Shown: positions 9,762 through 20,694 of the stretch, one piece after another | Numbering within the stretch: the first letter of the stretch is position 1 | Layout of the letters: the number at the start of each line of letters is the position of its first letter | DNA from: Salinibacter sp. | GTDB lineage: Bacteria > Bacteroidota > Rhodothermia > Rhodothermales > Salinibacteraceae | Length of the DNA: 64,000 nt | Direction of reading: 5' to 3' | Assembly: GCF_042218895.1 (NCBI RefSeq) | Contig: NZ_JBDGQQ010000055.1 | Coordinates: 2,738-66,737 of the forward strand | Translations under genes and position numbers: made by a program | Notes under the pieces: generated by a model | Told to the model about the DNA's origin: nothing | What the model saw: only the letters and a program-made list of their open reading frames with translations | The model's database searches: none

Positions 9762-11648
9762 GTGACCTTTCTGTTCGGCGTCGCCCTCATTTTGCTTCTC
9801 GGCGTGGGGGCGCAGTGGCTGGCCTGGCAGTACAACCTGCCGTCCATCCTGCTGCTGCTCGTCGCCGGATTTCTGGCCGGTCCAGTTCTCGGGATCATTG
9901 ATCCGGCGGTCCTACAGGGCGAGTGGGTCTACCCGTTCGTGTCCATCTCGATTGGCATCATCCTGTTCGAGGGTGGACTCAACCTCCGCCTCTCCGAACT
10001 GCGAGAGGTGGGCGGACCCATCCTGAACCTGATTACGATCGGAGTTCTCGTGACGTGGTTCGTGGGCGCAGGGGCCGTGTACGTGATTGAGGATTTCGGA
10101 CTCGAACTGTCATTGCTCACGGGCGCCATTCTGGTGGTCACAGGACCGACCGTCATTGTGCCGCTGCTCCGCCAGATCCGGCCAGAGGGCCGGATCGGGA
10201 CCGTGGCCAAGTGGGAGGGCATTACGATCGATCCGGTCGGCGCCATCCTGGCGACACTTGTGCTGGAGGTCATTCTGCTCCTCCACGAGCCGAGTGGGGC
10301 CTCAGCCGGCGCCCTCGAGGCGACGCTCCACGTCTTGAAGGGCCTCGGGATTGCCATTGGGGCGAGCGTCGTCATTGGCGGAGCCGCGGCGGCCCTGATC
10401 GTTTACACTCTGTACCGGCGGCTCGTGCCGGGCTTCCTGCACAACCCTCTCACCCTGACGCTGCTGGTTGCGGCGTTCGTGGGGGCCGAGGCCCTTCAGC
10501 ACGAGGCCGGCCTCCTTACCGCTACGCTGATGGGCGTAGCGCTGGCCAATCAGTCGTACGTGCCGGTGAAGCAGATCACCGAGTTCAAGGAAAACCTCCA
10601 GGTGCTCCTCCTCGGCGTCCTCTTCGTCGTGCTGAGTGCCCGGCTCGACCTCGCGACGTTCGAGTACGTGGGCGGCCGAACCGTCTTGCTCATCGGGGTG
10701 CTCATCGCGTTCGTGCGCCCGCTGGCCGTGCTCCTGTCCTGCGCCGGCACGAAGCTGTCCTGGCGCGAACAAGCGTTTCTGGCCTGGTTGGCCCCTCGAG
10801 GCATCGTGGCTGCCGCGGTGGCCTCGCTCTTCGGATTCGAGTTACAGGGACTTTTTCCGGAGGCCGCCGACGCCCTCGTGCCGGTCGTTTTTCTCGTCAT
10901 CGTGGGCACGGTGGCGGTCTACGGACTCACCATCGGCTACGTAGCCAGCTGGCTCGGCTTCGCGGACCCCAATCCGGAAGGAGTCCTCTTTGTGGGCGCC
11001 GAGGCGTGGGTGCAGCACATCGCGCTGGCGCTGCAGGAGCTTGGGGTCACCGTCCAGCTGGTCGACTCCAACCCCGACCACGTGAAGCGAGCGCGCGCCC
11101 GCGGCCTGGACGCCGACCGGGCCGACGTGCTATCTGAAGAGATTCTAGAGGAGTTGGACTTGAGCGGCATCGGCCGCCTCCTCATCACCATCCCCAACGA
11201 CGAGGTCGCGTCGCTCGCGGCGCTCCACCTGTCCGAGATCTTCGACGTGAACGACATTTTTCAGCTTCCTGCGCGCTCGGACCGACGGCACACAGACGGC
11301 GAGGTGCCCGAGCATCTGCGGGGGCACCTGCTCTTTGGGACGGAAGCCAGTTGCACGCAGCTCCGCGACTGGCTCGACCACGAGCACGAGGTGTTCGTTG
11401 CCGAGCTGGAGACGGCCCTTGCGCGCGACGCGTTTGCCGAGCGCTTCGGGGACGAGGCCTTCCCCATGTTTATCCTCCGCGGCGACCAGCTCATCATCTT
11501 TTCTGAGGAGGTGCAACGGCCCCAGCCGGACGACCGAGTCGTGTTTCTTGCCCCCCGCACCCGCATGCAAGACGCCGAGGCGGTCGCAGTAGCGGGGCGT
11601 GGTGACTCATCGGTCCCGGTCGGGGAACCGGGACGAGGCCCCCGCTGA
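9762..11648 (+). CDS. CPA1 cation:proton antiporter, paralog of the upstream gene
   Basis: Same motifs (ILFEGGL, VTGPTV, WEGITIDP, WLAPRGIVAAAVAS, IPNDEVASL); colinear with 7181..9124. Confidence 0.9.
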   Translation: MTFLFGVALILLLGVGAQWLAWQYNLPSILLLLVAGFLAGPVLGIIDPAVLQGEWVYPFVSISIGIILFEGGLNLRLSELREVGGPILNLITIGVLVTWFVGAGAVYVIEDFGLELSLLTGAILVVTGPTVIVPLLRQIRPEGRIGTVAKWEGITIDPVGAILATLVLEVILLLHEPSGASAGALEATLHVLKGLGIAIGASVVIGGAAAALIVYTLYRRLVPGFLHNPLTLTLLVAAFVGAEALQHEAGLLTATLMGVALANQSYVPVKQITEFKENLQVLLLGVLFVVLSARLDLATFEYVGGRTVLLIGVLIAFVRPLAVLLSCAGTKLSWREQAFLAWLAPRGIVAAAVASLFGFELQGLFPEAADALVPVVFLVIVGTVAVYGLTIGYVASWLGFADPNPEGVLFVGAEAWVQHIALALQELGVTVQLVDSNPDHVKRARARGLDADRADVLSEEILEELDLSGIGRLLITIPNDEVASLAALHLSEIFDVNDIFQLPARSDRRHTDGEVPEHLRGHLLFGTEASCTQLRDWLDHEHEVFVAELETALARDAFAERFGDEAFPMFILRGDQLIIFSEEVQRPQPDDRVVFLAPRTRMQDAEAVAVAGRGDSSVPVGEPGRGPR

Positions 11649-11815
11649 TGACGCCCCCGGTCCTGCGGGGCGGACGGGGTTTCCCACGACTAGCACTCTG
11701 GACAGCGTCACGAAACTGTTCCTTCGCTCCGTTCGGTGGACGCGCGGGAACCTGCTCCCCCGATTCGAGCCTATATCTATTCTCCGGATTCCTCTTCCCA
11801 GCGGGTTCTAATGCT

Positions 11816-13948
11816 ATGGCTTCGGGCTCTTCCCTTCAGAAAACCCTGACGCTCTACGACGTCTACGCGATCAGCACGGGGGCGATGTTCAGCTCCGGGT
11901 TCTTCCTGCTCCCCGGCATCGCGGCGGCGGAAACGGGGCCCTCCGTGGTCCTTGCCTACCTTGTGGCGGGGGTCCTTATCCTGCCGTCCATGTACAGCAT
12001 GGCGGAACTGTCGACGGCCATGCCAAAGGCCGGGGGTACGTATTACTTTCTTGACCGTAGCCTGGGGCCCCTCGCCGGCACCGTGGGCGGGCTGGGGACG
12101 TGGCTCGCGCTCGTCTTCAAGAGCGCATTCGCGCTGATCGGGATGGGGGCCTACCTGGCCATCTACGTCGACATGCCGATCAAGCCGCTGGCCGCGGCGC
12201 TGACGGTGGCCTTCGGCGTGCTCAACATCGTGGGCGCCAAGGAGAGCAGCCTGCTGCAGCGCGTGCTGGTGACGATTCTGGTGGGCGTGCTCGCCTTCTA
12301 CACCGCGCAGGGCGTGATGTCGGTCTGGGGGGGACAGAGTGCCGTGGGGGGCGCCGCTGGGGAGTTCACGCCCTTCTTCACCGAGGGGGCCCGGGGCTTT
12401 CTCGCCACCATCGGCATTGTCTTCGTGTCGTACGCCGGCCTCACGAAGGTGGCCAGCGTGGCGGAGGAGGTGCAGAATCCGGACCGCAACATTCCCTTAG
12501 GCATGGGCCTGTCGCTGCTCACCGCCACGGGGATTTACGTGATTGGTGTGGCCATCATGGTGGCCATCCTCCCCGCCGCGGACCTCCAGGCGGATCTCAC
12601 GCCCGTGTTTACCTCCGGCAAGGTGTTCTTTAACTGGCTGCCGTACACGCTCGGGCCCATTCTGATTGTGGTGGCGGCCATCGCGGCATTTGCCTCCACC
12701 GGCAACGCCGGCATCTTGTCGGCCTCGCGCTACCCACTGGCCATGGCGCGGGACCAGCTGCTGCCCGACAGGTTTGCCAAGATTGGGCGCTTCGACACCC
12801 CCACCCGGTCGATCGTGGTAACGGTGGCCCTCATGCTGGTGATTATCTTTGCCCTGAGTGAGGAAGGGGTGGCCAAGCTGGCAAGCGCGTTCCAACTCTT
12901 GATCTTCGCGCTTCTCAACTTCGCAGTCATCGTGATGCGGGAGAGCGAAATCCCGTCCTACGCACCGGGCTACCGGTCCCCACTCTACCCCTGGATGCAG
13001 GTGGCCGGCATTTTCATTCCGGGCTTCCTGATTTCGGAGATGGGCACGCTCGCCATCGTGTTCACCGGGGTCGTCGTACTCTTCGGGATCGGCTGGTACT
13101 TCTATTACGCCCGCACCGTCCCCCGGGAGGGCGCGATCTTTCACCTCTTCGCCCGGCTGGGCAAGCAGCGCTACGACGGCCTCGACCGGGAGCTGCAGAC
13201 CATTCTGGAGGAGAAGGGGGTGGGGCACGACACGGCGTTCGACCGGCTCGTCGCCGAGTCGGACGTGATCCACCTTGACGATCCGCAGCCGTATCAGGCG
13301 GTCGTCGAGGAGGTGTCAAATCGCCTCTCCGACGCGTTCGGCATTTCGACAGAGACGCTCCGACACGGCTTTTTGGAGGGCGCCCCCTACAGCGCCGTGT
13401 CGGTCTCGCACGGCGCGGCGCTTCCCTACTGCCGCCTCGACGGCATCGACGAGCCGAAGATGGTAATGGTCCACTGCCAGTCCGGGATCTGCGTGGACCT
13501 GGAGGACGAGATTGAGGAGCTCGATGCGTCGGAGCCCGTCTACGCCTTTTTCTTCCTCGTGAGCCCCAAGGACGACGAGGGGGAGCACCTGCGCACGCTT
13601 GCGACCCTCGCCAATCGGACCGACGACGAACGATTCCTCGTCGAGTGGCGGGCGGCGACCGACGAGCAGGAGGTGAAGGAGAGCCTGCTGCACCACGAGC
13701 GCTACCTTACGCTCCACCTCCTATCGGGCACCAACACGGACCCGTTCATCGACCAGCGCGTCTCGGAGCTCAACCTGCCGGCCGGCGTGCTCGTGGCCCT
13801 GGTTCGGCGCGACGGGCAGATCACCGTGCCCTCGGGGTCGACCACCTTGCAGGAAGGGGATCGCGTGACGATCATCGGCAACCCGGCCGGCATCGATCGC
13901 CTCTATGAGCTCTATCGCCAGGGCGAGCGGGAAGGGGTCGTTCAGTAG
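11816..13948 (+). CDS. APC-family amino acid permease fused to PTS EIIA-like and TrkA_C (RCK_C) domains
   Basis: [42 protein letters not shown]; EIIA-like segment (GAALPY...FFLVSP..HLRTLA); C-terminal [26 protein letters not shown] 11816. Confidence 0.88.
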   Translation: MASGSSLQKTLTLYDVYAISTGAMFSSGFFLLPGIAAAETGPSVVLAYLVAGVLILPSMYSMAELSTAMPKAGGTYYFLDRSLGPLAGTVGGLGTWLALVFKSAFALIGMGAYLAIYVDMPIKPLAAALTVAFGVLNIVGAKESSLLQRVLVTILVGVLAFYTAQGVMSVWGGQSAVGGAAGEFTPFFTEGARGFLATIGIVFVSYAGLTKVASVAEEVQNPDRNIPLGMGLSLLTATGIYVIGVAIMVAILPAADLQADLTPVFTSGKVFFNWLPYTLGPILIVVAAIAAFASTGNAGILSASRYPLAMARDQLLPDRFAKIGRFDTPTRSIVVTVALMLVIIFALSEEGVAKLASAFQLLIFALLNFAVIVMRESEIPSYAPGYRSPLYPWMQVAGIFIPGFLISEMGTLAIVFTGVVVLFGIGWYFYYARTVPREGAIFHLFARLGKQRYDGLDRELQTILEEKGVGHDTAFDRLVAESDVIHLDDPQPYQAVVEEVSNRLSDAFGISTETLRHGFLEGAPYSAVSVSHGAALPYCRLDGIDEPKMVMVHCQSGICVDLEDEIEELDASEPVYAFFFLVSPKDDEGEHLRTLATLANRTDDERFLVEWRAATDEQEVKESLLHHERYLTLHLLSGTNTDPFIDQRVSELNLPAGVLVALVRRDGQITVPSGSTTLQEGDRVTIIGNPAGIDRLYELYRQGEREGVVQ

Positions 13949-14007
13949 TGATCCCTTCGGATCGGCCTCCGCCGACGAGTCGCCTCTGTTACGACGCTCC
14001 TCCCACC

Positions 14008-14889
14008 ATGACGATCGATGCCTCCACCCGCCTTGTCACCCTGCTCGGCCACCCGGTCGAGCACTCCCTATCGCCCCGCATCCACAACGCGGCGTTCCGG
14101 GGGCACGAGGCGAATGCCGTGTACGTGGCCACGCCGGTTCCGCCGGAGGAGGTTGAGCGTGCTGTGGACGGCCTCCGGGCGCTCGGATTCCTCGGGGCCA
14201 ACGTGACCGTGCCGCACAAGGAGACGGTGCAGCCCTTCCTCGACGCAGTGACGGAACGGGCCGACGCGGTGGGGGCCGTCAACACCATTGTGCGGGAGGA
14301 GCGCGAGGCCGGCCCCGATCGCCTCCGCGGCGACAACACGGACGTGGAGGGCTTCCTCGCCCCGCTGAGCGAGGACGGGGAAACGGATCTCGAGGGGGCG
14401 CCAATGCTCGTGTTCGGGGCCGGGGGCGCGGCGCGGGCCGCGGTGTACGGCCTCCTCACCGAATATGCGCCTGAGCGCCTGATGATCGTCGCCCGGCGGC
14501 CCGAGCAGGCAGAGCTTTTGGCCAGGGACCTCGGCGACTACGACCCGACGGGCGCACTCGAGGTCTCGTCCTTCGAAGAGGCTGCGCTGTCCGTCCGGTC
14601 GAGTCGCCTCCTCGTCAACGCCACGCCTCTGGGCATGGCCCCCGATCGCCACGGCCAAACCCCTTGGCCCAACGCGGAGGATTTTGGCCCCGACCACGTC
14701 GTGTACGACCTCGTCTACACGCCCGAACGCACCCGGCTTCTCCGGGAGGCCGAGGCGCAGGGCGCCGCGCCCATCGGGGGACTCGATATGCTCGTAGAGC
14801 AAGCGGCGGCGGCCTACCGGCAGTGGACCGGCCGAGAAATGCCGCGCCCAGCAGCGTACGACGCCCTGCGGGAGACGGAGTCGTCGTAG
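14008..14889 (+). CDS. aroE: Shikimate dehydrogenase
   Basis: [60 protein letters not shown]. Confidence 0.95.
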   Translation: MTIDASTRLVTLLGHPVEHSLSPRIHNAAFRGHEANAVYVATPVPPEEVERAVDGLRALGFLGANVTVPHKETVQPFLDAVTERADAVGAVNTIVREEREAGPDRLRGDNTDVEGFLAPLSEDGETDLEGAPMLVFGAGGAARAAVYGLLTEYAPERLMIVARRPEQAELLARDLGDYDPTGALEVSSFEEAALSVRSSRLLVNATPLGMAPDRHGQTPWPNAEDFGPDHVVYDLVYTPERTRLLREAEAQGAAPIGGLDMLVEQAAAAYRQWTGREMPRPAAYDALRETESS

Positions 14890-15037
14890 CCCGCGCCACG
14901 CCTCGAGACGTCCTCGCCTTCACTTTACATTAGATCGGGATCAACACGCGCCACGCGGCTTACGGGAACCATGTTCGTGCGGCTCAATGCCGCAGGTTGT
15001 CCGCCTTCTGAAACGAGCGCCATCCGCCAAGACTCTG

Positions 15038-16816
15038 ATGTGGCAGCGAGCGTGGACTTGGCTCCGTGCGTATCTTCCCATCACCCACTGGGCATCTGAC
15101 TATTCTTCGTCGGCCCTCCGGCAGGACGCGACGGCGGGCCTCACAGTGGGGACGATGCTGATTCCGCAGGGAATGGCCTACGCCATTATTGCGGGCATGC
15201 CGCCCATCTACGGCCTCTACGCCGGATTCGTCCCGCTCCTGACGTACCCGCTGTTCGGCAGCTCGCGCCAGCTGGCGATCGGGCCGGTGGCCATCGACAT
15301 GCTCATCGTGGGGGCCGGCGTCGGGGCCTTGGCCCAGAGCGGGACGGAGCGCTACGTAGCGCTTGCGATTCTGCTTACGGTCCTGGTGGGCCTCATCCAG
15401 ATCGCCATGGGCCTCATGAAGCTCGGCTTCGTGGCCAGCCTGCTCTCGCGCCCGGTCATTTCAGGACTGACCACCGCCGCCTCCCTAATTATTGCGTGCA
15501 GTCAGCTGGGCAATCTGCTCGGCGTAGAGCTCGGTCGGTCCCAGTACGTGCACGTCTTGCTCTGGGAGGCCATCCAACACGTCGGGGCCACACATCCGCT
15601 GACCGTAGGGCTGAGCGTGGGCTGCATCGGGCTCCTCTGGGGCCTCTCCCGGTGGCTGCCCCGGGTGCCGGGCCCCCTCGTCGTGGTGGTTGGCAGCACC
15701 GCCGCCGGCTGGTTCCTCGGGCTGGAGCAGCGGGGCGTGTCGGTCATCGGCGACATCCCGACCGGCCTGCCGAGCCCAGAGGTGTGGGCCGTCAGCTTTG
15801 GGGACCTGAACGCGCTCCTCCCGGCGGCCGTGACCGTGGCGCTGGTGCAGTTTATGAAAGACGTGTCGCTGGGTCGCATCTTTGCGAAGCGGCACGGCTA
15901 CGACATCGATCCGAATCAGGAGCTCATCGGGGTTGGGGCCGGCAACGTCCTCGGGAGCCTCTTCCAGAGCATTCCGGCGTCGGGAAGCTTCTCACGATCG
16001 GCGGTCAACGACCGGTCGGGCGCCTCCACCCCGCTGGCCAACGCGTTCGCGGCCGGGGTCATTGCCCTCACCTTGCTCTTCCTGACGCCGCTGTTCTACT
16101 ACCTCCCCACGCCGGCCTTGGCCGCCATCATTTTCGTGTCTGGCCTCAGTCTCATTGACCTGCGGGAGATCCGGGCGCTCTTTCGGGCCCGGCGCCGAGA
16201 CGGCTACATTGCGCTGTTCACGGCCGCCTGCACCCTCTTCATCGGCATCCAAGAGGGCATCCTGCTCGGCATCGGGGCTTCGCTCATCGCCGTCCTCTTT
16301 CGCATGAGCCGCCCCAACGTGGCGGAGCTCGGACACGTCCCCGGCACGCGCCGCTTTCGCGACCGCAGCCGGTTCGACCAGGCCGCGCGGCTCAGGGACA
16401 TTATGGTGCTTCGGGTGGACGCGGCCTTTTCGTTCGCCAACGCCGAGTACCTTCAGACCTTTATTCTGCGGAAGAGCGAGCACGAGGGACGGCCTGTCCA
16501 GGCGGTCGTGATGGACGGAAGCAGCATCAACGGGCTCGACACGACCGCCACCGACGCGCTGTTTTCGGTCGCCGAGCGGCTGGGGGAAACCGGCGTTGAG
16601 CTCCATCTGACCGGCCTCATCGGCCCGGTCCGCGAGACGGTGCGCCGCTCGGGTCTGCATGCCCTACTCGGCGAGGAGCGGTTCCACCTCACGCCCCACG
16701 AGGCGGTCGCCAGCATCCTGGACCGCCTCGACGCCGAGAAAGACACCGACCGGCTTGAGGAGTACCTGGCGAAGACCGGGCCCGACGAGAAGAAACCGAC
16801 TCCCGCGGCGACGTGA
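15038..16816 (+). CDS. SulP/SLC26 anion permease with STAS domain
   Basis: DATAGLTVG, PQGMAYA, GLYA, FGSSRQL, NQELIG, GSFSRSAVN; STAS motifs FANAEY and DGSSINGLDTTA. Start at 15038 or 14987. Confidence 0.93.
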   Translation: MWQRAWTWLRAYLPITHWASDYSSSALRQDATAGLTVGTMLIPQGMAYAIIAGMPPIYGLYAGFVPLLTYPLFGSSRQLAIGPVAIDMLIVGAGVGALAQSGTERYVALAILLTVLVGLIQIAMGLMKLGFVASLLSRPVISGLTTAASLIIACSQLGNLLGVELGRSQYVHVLLWEAIQHVGATHPLTVGLSVGCIGLLWGLSRWLPRVPGPLVVVVGSTAAGWFLGLEQRGVSVIGDIPTGLPSPEVWAVSFGDLNALLPAAVTVALVQFMKDVSLGRIFAKRHGYDIDPNQELIGVGAGNVLGSLFQSIPASGSFSRSAVNDRSGASTPLANAFAAGVIALTLLFLTPLFYYLPTPALAAIIFVSGLSLIDLREIRALFRARRRDGYIALFTAACTLFIGIQEGILLGIGASLIAVLFRMSRPNVAELGHVPGTRRFRDRSRFDQAARLRDIMVLRVDAAFSFANAEYLQTFILRKSEHEGRPVQAVVMDGSSINGLDTTATDALFSVAERLGETGVELHLTGLIGPVRETVRRSGLHALLGEERFHLTPHEAVASILDRLDAEKDTDRLEEYLAKTGPDEKKPTPAAT

Positions 16817-16943
16817 CGTCCAGGACAGTTCCCCGAATCGTCGCCCTCGGACCCTAGGCACTTCTTCATTGTGTCTCGAAACAATCGCCCTTGTGTCCCA
16901 TGAGGCGGGGCACAGTGCCAGTGCAGTCGCAGCATGGTCCTCC

Positions 16944-17255
16944 ATGAGTTCCGACGAGGCCTCGCGTCTCAAGTCTGATCTGGCCCTGCGACGGCGTGTC
17001 CTCTGGCTCGGCGAGATGGAGCTCTACGAGGATCACCTGTCGATTACCGGGTGGCGATGGACCGGTGCTATGCACCGTCCCATCCGCCTCACGGACATCC
17101 AACAGGTCGAGAAGTGGGTCGTCTCCCGTGGCGTGAACTTCGTAATTCGCCCAGACGGGGACCGGGACTTCTACTGCCGAGTCGAGGACCATGTGTTCCA
17201 CTGGGTGAAGGAGCTCCGGGAGGATGACCGGACGGATGTAGAGATCCGGCCTTGA
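16944..17255 (+). CDS. Small hypothetical protein (beta-rich, possibly PH-like)
   Basis: 103-aa ORF from ATG 16944 with plausible composition (ELYEDHLSITGW...IQQVEKW); fills the gap between genes. Confidence 0.55.
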   Translation: MSSDEASRLKSDLALRRRVLWLGEMELYEDHLSITGWRWTGAMHRPIRLTDIQQVEKWVVSRGVNFVIRPDGDRDFYCRVEDHVFHWVKELREDDRTDVEIRP

Positions 17256-17355
17256 GAACCGCCGGGCAGCAGTCGTGTGAGCTCAGCGGGGTCGGTTCCT
17301 CTTTCCGATCTTCGGGCCTTTGATTGATGGCCCTTCCACCGCGAAAAACGGAGCG

Positions 17356-19602
17356 TCAAAACACGTACCGCTCGATGAGACGACGGATCGGCGCGGTCTG
17401 TCGGGGCCGTTGAGGCCGCACCAGGAGCACGCTGCAGGGAAGTTCGTCGAGCAGCTCCGTCGTGCGGTCCGGGAACAGGAGGGTGCGGAGCCACGAGCGA
17501 GCGACGGTTCCTACGATTGCCAGATCGGCGTCCCCGGTTGCCTCTACGAGATCGGCCGTTTCGTCGTCGGTACGGATAATCTGGCTCGTCGTGGGGCTCT
17601 CACAGTGTTCGCCGAGCCGGTCGTGGAACGCCTGCACGGTGTCGACTTCCGCGTCCGTCACGTCCGCTCCCATGGCCGTCAGGAATCGAATGCGGGCTCC
17701 TCCCGACGGCTGCTGGGACTGTGCGAGGGCATCGGCGACGAACGCTTTTAGGGGTCCGTACGGGGCCCGTGGAAGGAGAATCACGATTTCGCGGAGGGTC
17801 TCGGGACGTCCGTTCGTGGTGGAGCGTGGGACGAAGAATGCCACCTCGCAGGGGGCCTCCCGCATGAGCCAATTCGTGTCTGCACCAACGACCTCCTGCC
17901 CCCAGCGACCCGGCGTGACTGTCCCTAACAGGAGCCGCACGTCGTGCGTCCGAACGAAGTGAAGTGCAGCCCGGCCCGCATCGTGGCAGACGATCTCGTG
18001 GGCCTCCGCGGTCGTGTCCCGGAGGGCCTGGAGGGCCTGCACGCGCTCTTCGAAGCGGCGATCAGTGTCCGTCACGTGCCCCGCTGCGTCCGGAAGGGTC
18101 GTCTGCTCAGGAACGGTCTCGAACCGGGCCGCCAGTACGCGCCCGTCCAGTCGGCGGGCAATCTTGGCCCCCATCGACAGCGTAGCTTCTTCGTCTTGCG
18201 GGGTGGCATTTTCCGAGACCGCAACCATCACGGTGCCTGTCTCTGTTGAAAAGGCCTCCCGCATGCGAGTGAAGATGGACCCTCGCATGCGGCGACGCAT
18301 CGCCTCGAGGGCCACTCCTTCCCGCTCGGCTCGCTCGCGCCCGTAGAACCGGTACCACACGATGCCGCCCGCAATAATGCCCACCGCGCCCAGGATGGGG
18401 ATCCACCCCATCTGCGTGAGCAACACAATCCCGCCAACAACGCCCGCTATCTGCACCCAGGGATACCCAGGACTTTCGAAGGCGGGGTCGTAGCTCTCCA
18501 CTTCACTCTCCCGGAAGGCGATCAGGGCTGCGTTCGTGATGCCGAAGATGAGAATCTTGAAGGCGCTGGCGAGCTTCGCCAACTCCAGGACTGGGACGAA
18601 CGCGATGAGCCCGACGAGCAGTCCCCCGGTGACGAGGATGGAGCGCCCGGGCGTTCGGAACCGGTCGCTGATCACGCTGAAGCTTTCCGGGGCCAACCGA
18701 TCCCGGCTCATGGCCAGCGGAAAGCGGGAGGAGGACAGCACCCCCGCGTTGGCCATGCTCATGAGCGCCAGCACGGCCACAATCGAGATGCCGATCTTGG
18801 CCGAGGTGCCAAGAATCTGCTCCGTGGCGTCCGCCATCGGGGTGAGGCTCGACTGAAGGATGTCGGGCGGGGTGACCCCGACGATGACGAACACGACGAT
18901 GACGTAGATGGGAATCATGACGCCCACGGAAACGAGAATGCCGAGCGGCAGGTTGCGGTCGGGCCGTTCCACCTCCTCAGCGATGCTCGCAATCTTGGTC
19001 ACCCCCGCGTAGGAGACGAAGACGAAGCCCGTTGCGGCCAGGAGCCCTCCGACGCCCTTCTCGAAAAAGGGCTGGAACTGCGCAGGCTGAGCGAGAATGA
19101 GCCCTTCGGCCCCGAAGACGAGAAGAACCAGCAGGACGAACGAGACGAGAAATGCCTGGAGTCGGCCTGATTGCTTTACACCGAGAATATTGATCACCAC
19201 GAGGCCCCCCGCCAACCCCAGGCTTACCAGCTTCAACTCGGCGGCGGGCAGCGGCAGGACCACAACGAGGTACGCTCCGAGCCCCACGAGGGCGAACGCG
19301 CTTTTGAACACGAGTGAGAACCAGGCCCCGAGTCCCGAGATTGTCCCCATGAGGGGCCCCATGGCGCGGTCGATGTAGAGATAGGTCCCCCCCGACTCGG
19401 GCATTGCCGTGGCCATCTCGGCCTTCGAAAGGGCCGCCGGCAGCACGAGAAGGCCTGCGAGGAAATAGGCCAGAACGACCGACGGGCCCGCCTTTCCCGC
19501 GGCGAGACCCGGCAGCACAAACAGGCCGCTGCCAATCATCGCCCCAATGCTTACCGTGATCGTCGTGTAGAGTCCAAGGTCGCGCTCTAGATGCTTTGTC
19601 AC
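17356..19602 (-). CDS. APC-family amino acid permease with C-terminal universal stress protein (USP) domains
   Basis: SIGAMIGSGLFVLPG, MPESGGTY, FVSYAGVTKIASIAEEV; USP-type ends MREAPCEVAFF and LLDELPCSVLLVR. GTG start 19602. Confidence 0.88.
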   Translation of the reverse strand: MTKHLERDLGLYTTITVSIGAMIGSGLFVLPGLAAGKAGPSVVLAYFLAGLLVLPAALSKAEMATAMPESGGTYLYIDRAMGPLMGTISGLGAWFSLVFKSAFALVGLGAYLVVVLPLPAAELKLVSLGLAGGLVVINILGVKQSGRLQAFLVSFVLLVLLVFGAEGLILAQPAQFQPFFEKGVGGLLAATGFVFVSYAGVTKIASIAEEVERPDRNLPLGILVSVGVMIPIYVIVVFVIVGVTPPDILQSSLTPMADATEQILGTSAKIGISIVAVLALMSMANAGVLSSSRFPLAMSRDRLAPESFSVISDRFRTPGRSILVTGGLLVGLIAFVPVLELAKLASAFKILIFGITNAALIAFRESEVESYDPAFESPGYPWVQIAGVVGGIVLLTQMGWIPILGAVGIIAGGIVWYRFYGRERAEREGVALEAMRRRMRGSIFTRMREAFSTETGTVMVAVSENATPQDEEATLSMGAKIARRLDGRVLAARFETVPEQTTLPDAAGHVTDTDRRFEERVQALQALRDTTAEAHEIVCHDAGRAALHFVRTHDVRLLLGTVTPGRWGQEVVGADTNWLMREAPCEVAFFVPRSTTNGRPETLREIVILLPRAPYGPLKAFVADALAQSQQPSGGARIRFLTAMGADVTDAEVDTVQAFHDRLGEHCESPTTSQIIRTDDETADLVEATGDADLAIVGTVARSWLRTLLFPDRTTELLDELPCSVLLVRPQRPRQTAPIRRLIERYVF

Positions 19603-19911
19603 AGCACCACCGTGTGATGTTCGAAAACCAATGTTTCCGGAACGGGCCGCTTTCCTCCTATCGGATGGACCTGACAGTGGGACGCCAGCAGGGGTCTGGG
19701 AAGTCCCATAACTGAGCCCCCCATCACGCTCAGGGCGCGAAACGACATGCCGGGGATCGGATGCGTGAAGTGCTTGTGCGGGCCGGAGGGGGACGAGTCG
19801 CCTCTGCTCGTCCACCCGCCCCGAACGGGCATGCGTGGATGCATGGGACCGGCCGAGCCACCGTACGGACGCCGATGAGGCGAGGGCGAGAAAGCGGGGA
19901 GGGGACTGCAG

Positions 19912-20601
19912 TCATTCTCGGCCCCGCGCTGCATTCGGGGGAGTAGAGGACGTCTCCTCGGCCTCCCGGCCCCCGAGCCGAAGCACGGTGCCGGCGAGGG
20001 GCGTAAGGGCGTCCGTCCGGTGGCTGGCAACGACGGCGAGTCCCCCATCCTCGACGAACGTCCGCAGGAGATCGATGGCCCTCTCGGCGGTCGCCGCATC
20101 GAGGCTGCGGAGCGGCTCGTCCATGAGCACGACCTCCGGGTCGGCTACAAACGCGGCGGCCACCTGCGCCTTCTGCACCATGCCGCTCGAATAGGTGCCG
20201 ATGAGGTTGGACCGGCGCTCGTCGAGTCGGAGACGGTCGAGCATTTTGCGGATCCGGGTCGGCCCGTCCTCCCCCCATTTTTCGCGGCTTCGCAGAATCC
20301 ACTCGAGGAGTTCGACGGCCGTGAGGTGCTCGGGCAGTTGGGGCCCGGCGTGGACGAGGCCCACACGCTGGAGATAGCGGTACGGCTGGTCGTGCACGTC
20401 GATCTCGCCGTAGTGCACGGAGCCGCTCGTGGGGTAGGCCTGCACGGAGAGGAGGCGTAGGAGCGTGGTCTTCCCCGCCCCGTTGGGCCCCAGGAGCAGG
20501 GTGAGCGTGCCCGGCGCAAGGGACCGGGATTGGCCCTCGATGACGGGCGGCCCGTCGCCGTACCGTTTGGTGAGGCCGTCGAGCGTGAGCGTGTTAGCCA
20601 T
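19912..20601 (-). CDS. ABC transporter ATP-binding protein
   Basis: Walker A GPNGAGKT, signature YSSGM, Walker B VLMDEP, H-loop ASH. Confidence 0.92.
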   Translation of the reverse strand: MANTLTLDGLTKRYGDGPPVIEGQSRSLAPGTLTLLLGPNGAGKTTLLRLLSVQAYPTSGSVHYGEIDVHDQPYRYLQRVGLVHAGPQLPEHLTAVELLEWILRSREKWGEDGPTRIRKMLDRLRLDERRSNLIGTYSSGMVQKAQVAAAFVADPEVVLMDEPLRSLDAATAERAIDLLRTFVEDGGLAVVASHRTDALTPLAGTVLRLGGREAEETSSTPPNAARGRE

Positions 20602-20694
20602 GAAGCGAACCCGAGTCGAGAGATTGGCTGATCTTTCGCAGGACGCTTCCTACGAGACGGTTTTCTACCGGAATCATTTCTACCGGTTTCTTCT

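Noticed and set aside
11600-11660. GCTGATGACGCC resembling the 3' end of a fluoride riboswitch
   Set aside because: The 5' GGNGATGG element and pseudoknot are missing, and it overlaps the antiporter stop codon.
20662-20686. TTTCTACCGG direct repeat between the membrane protein and ABC ATPase genes
   Set aside because: Only two 10-bp copies; may be chance or a micro-duplication, with no further support.
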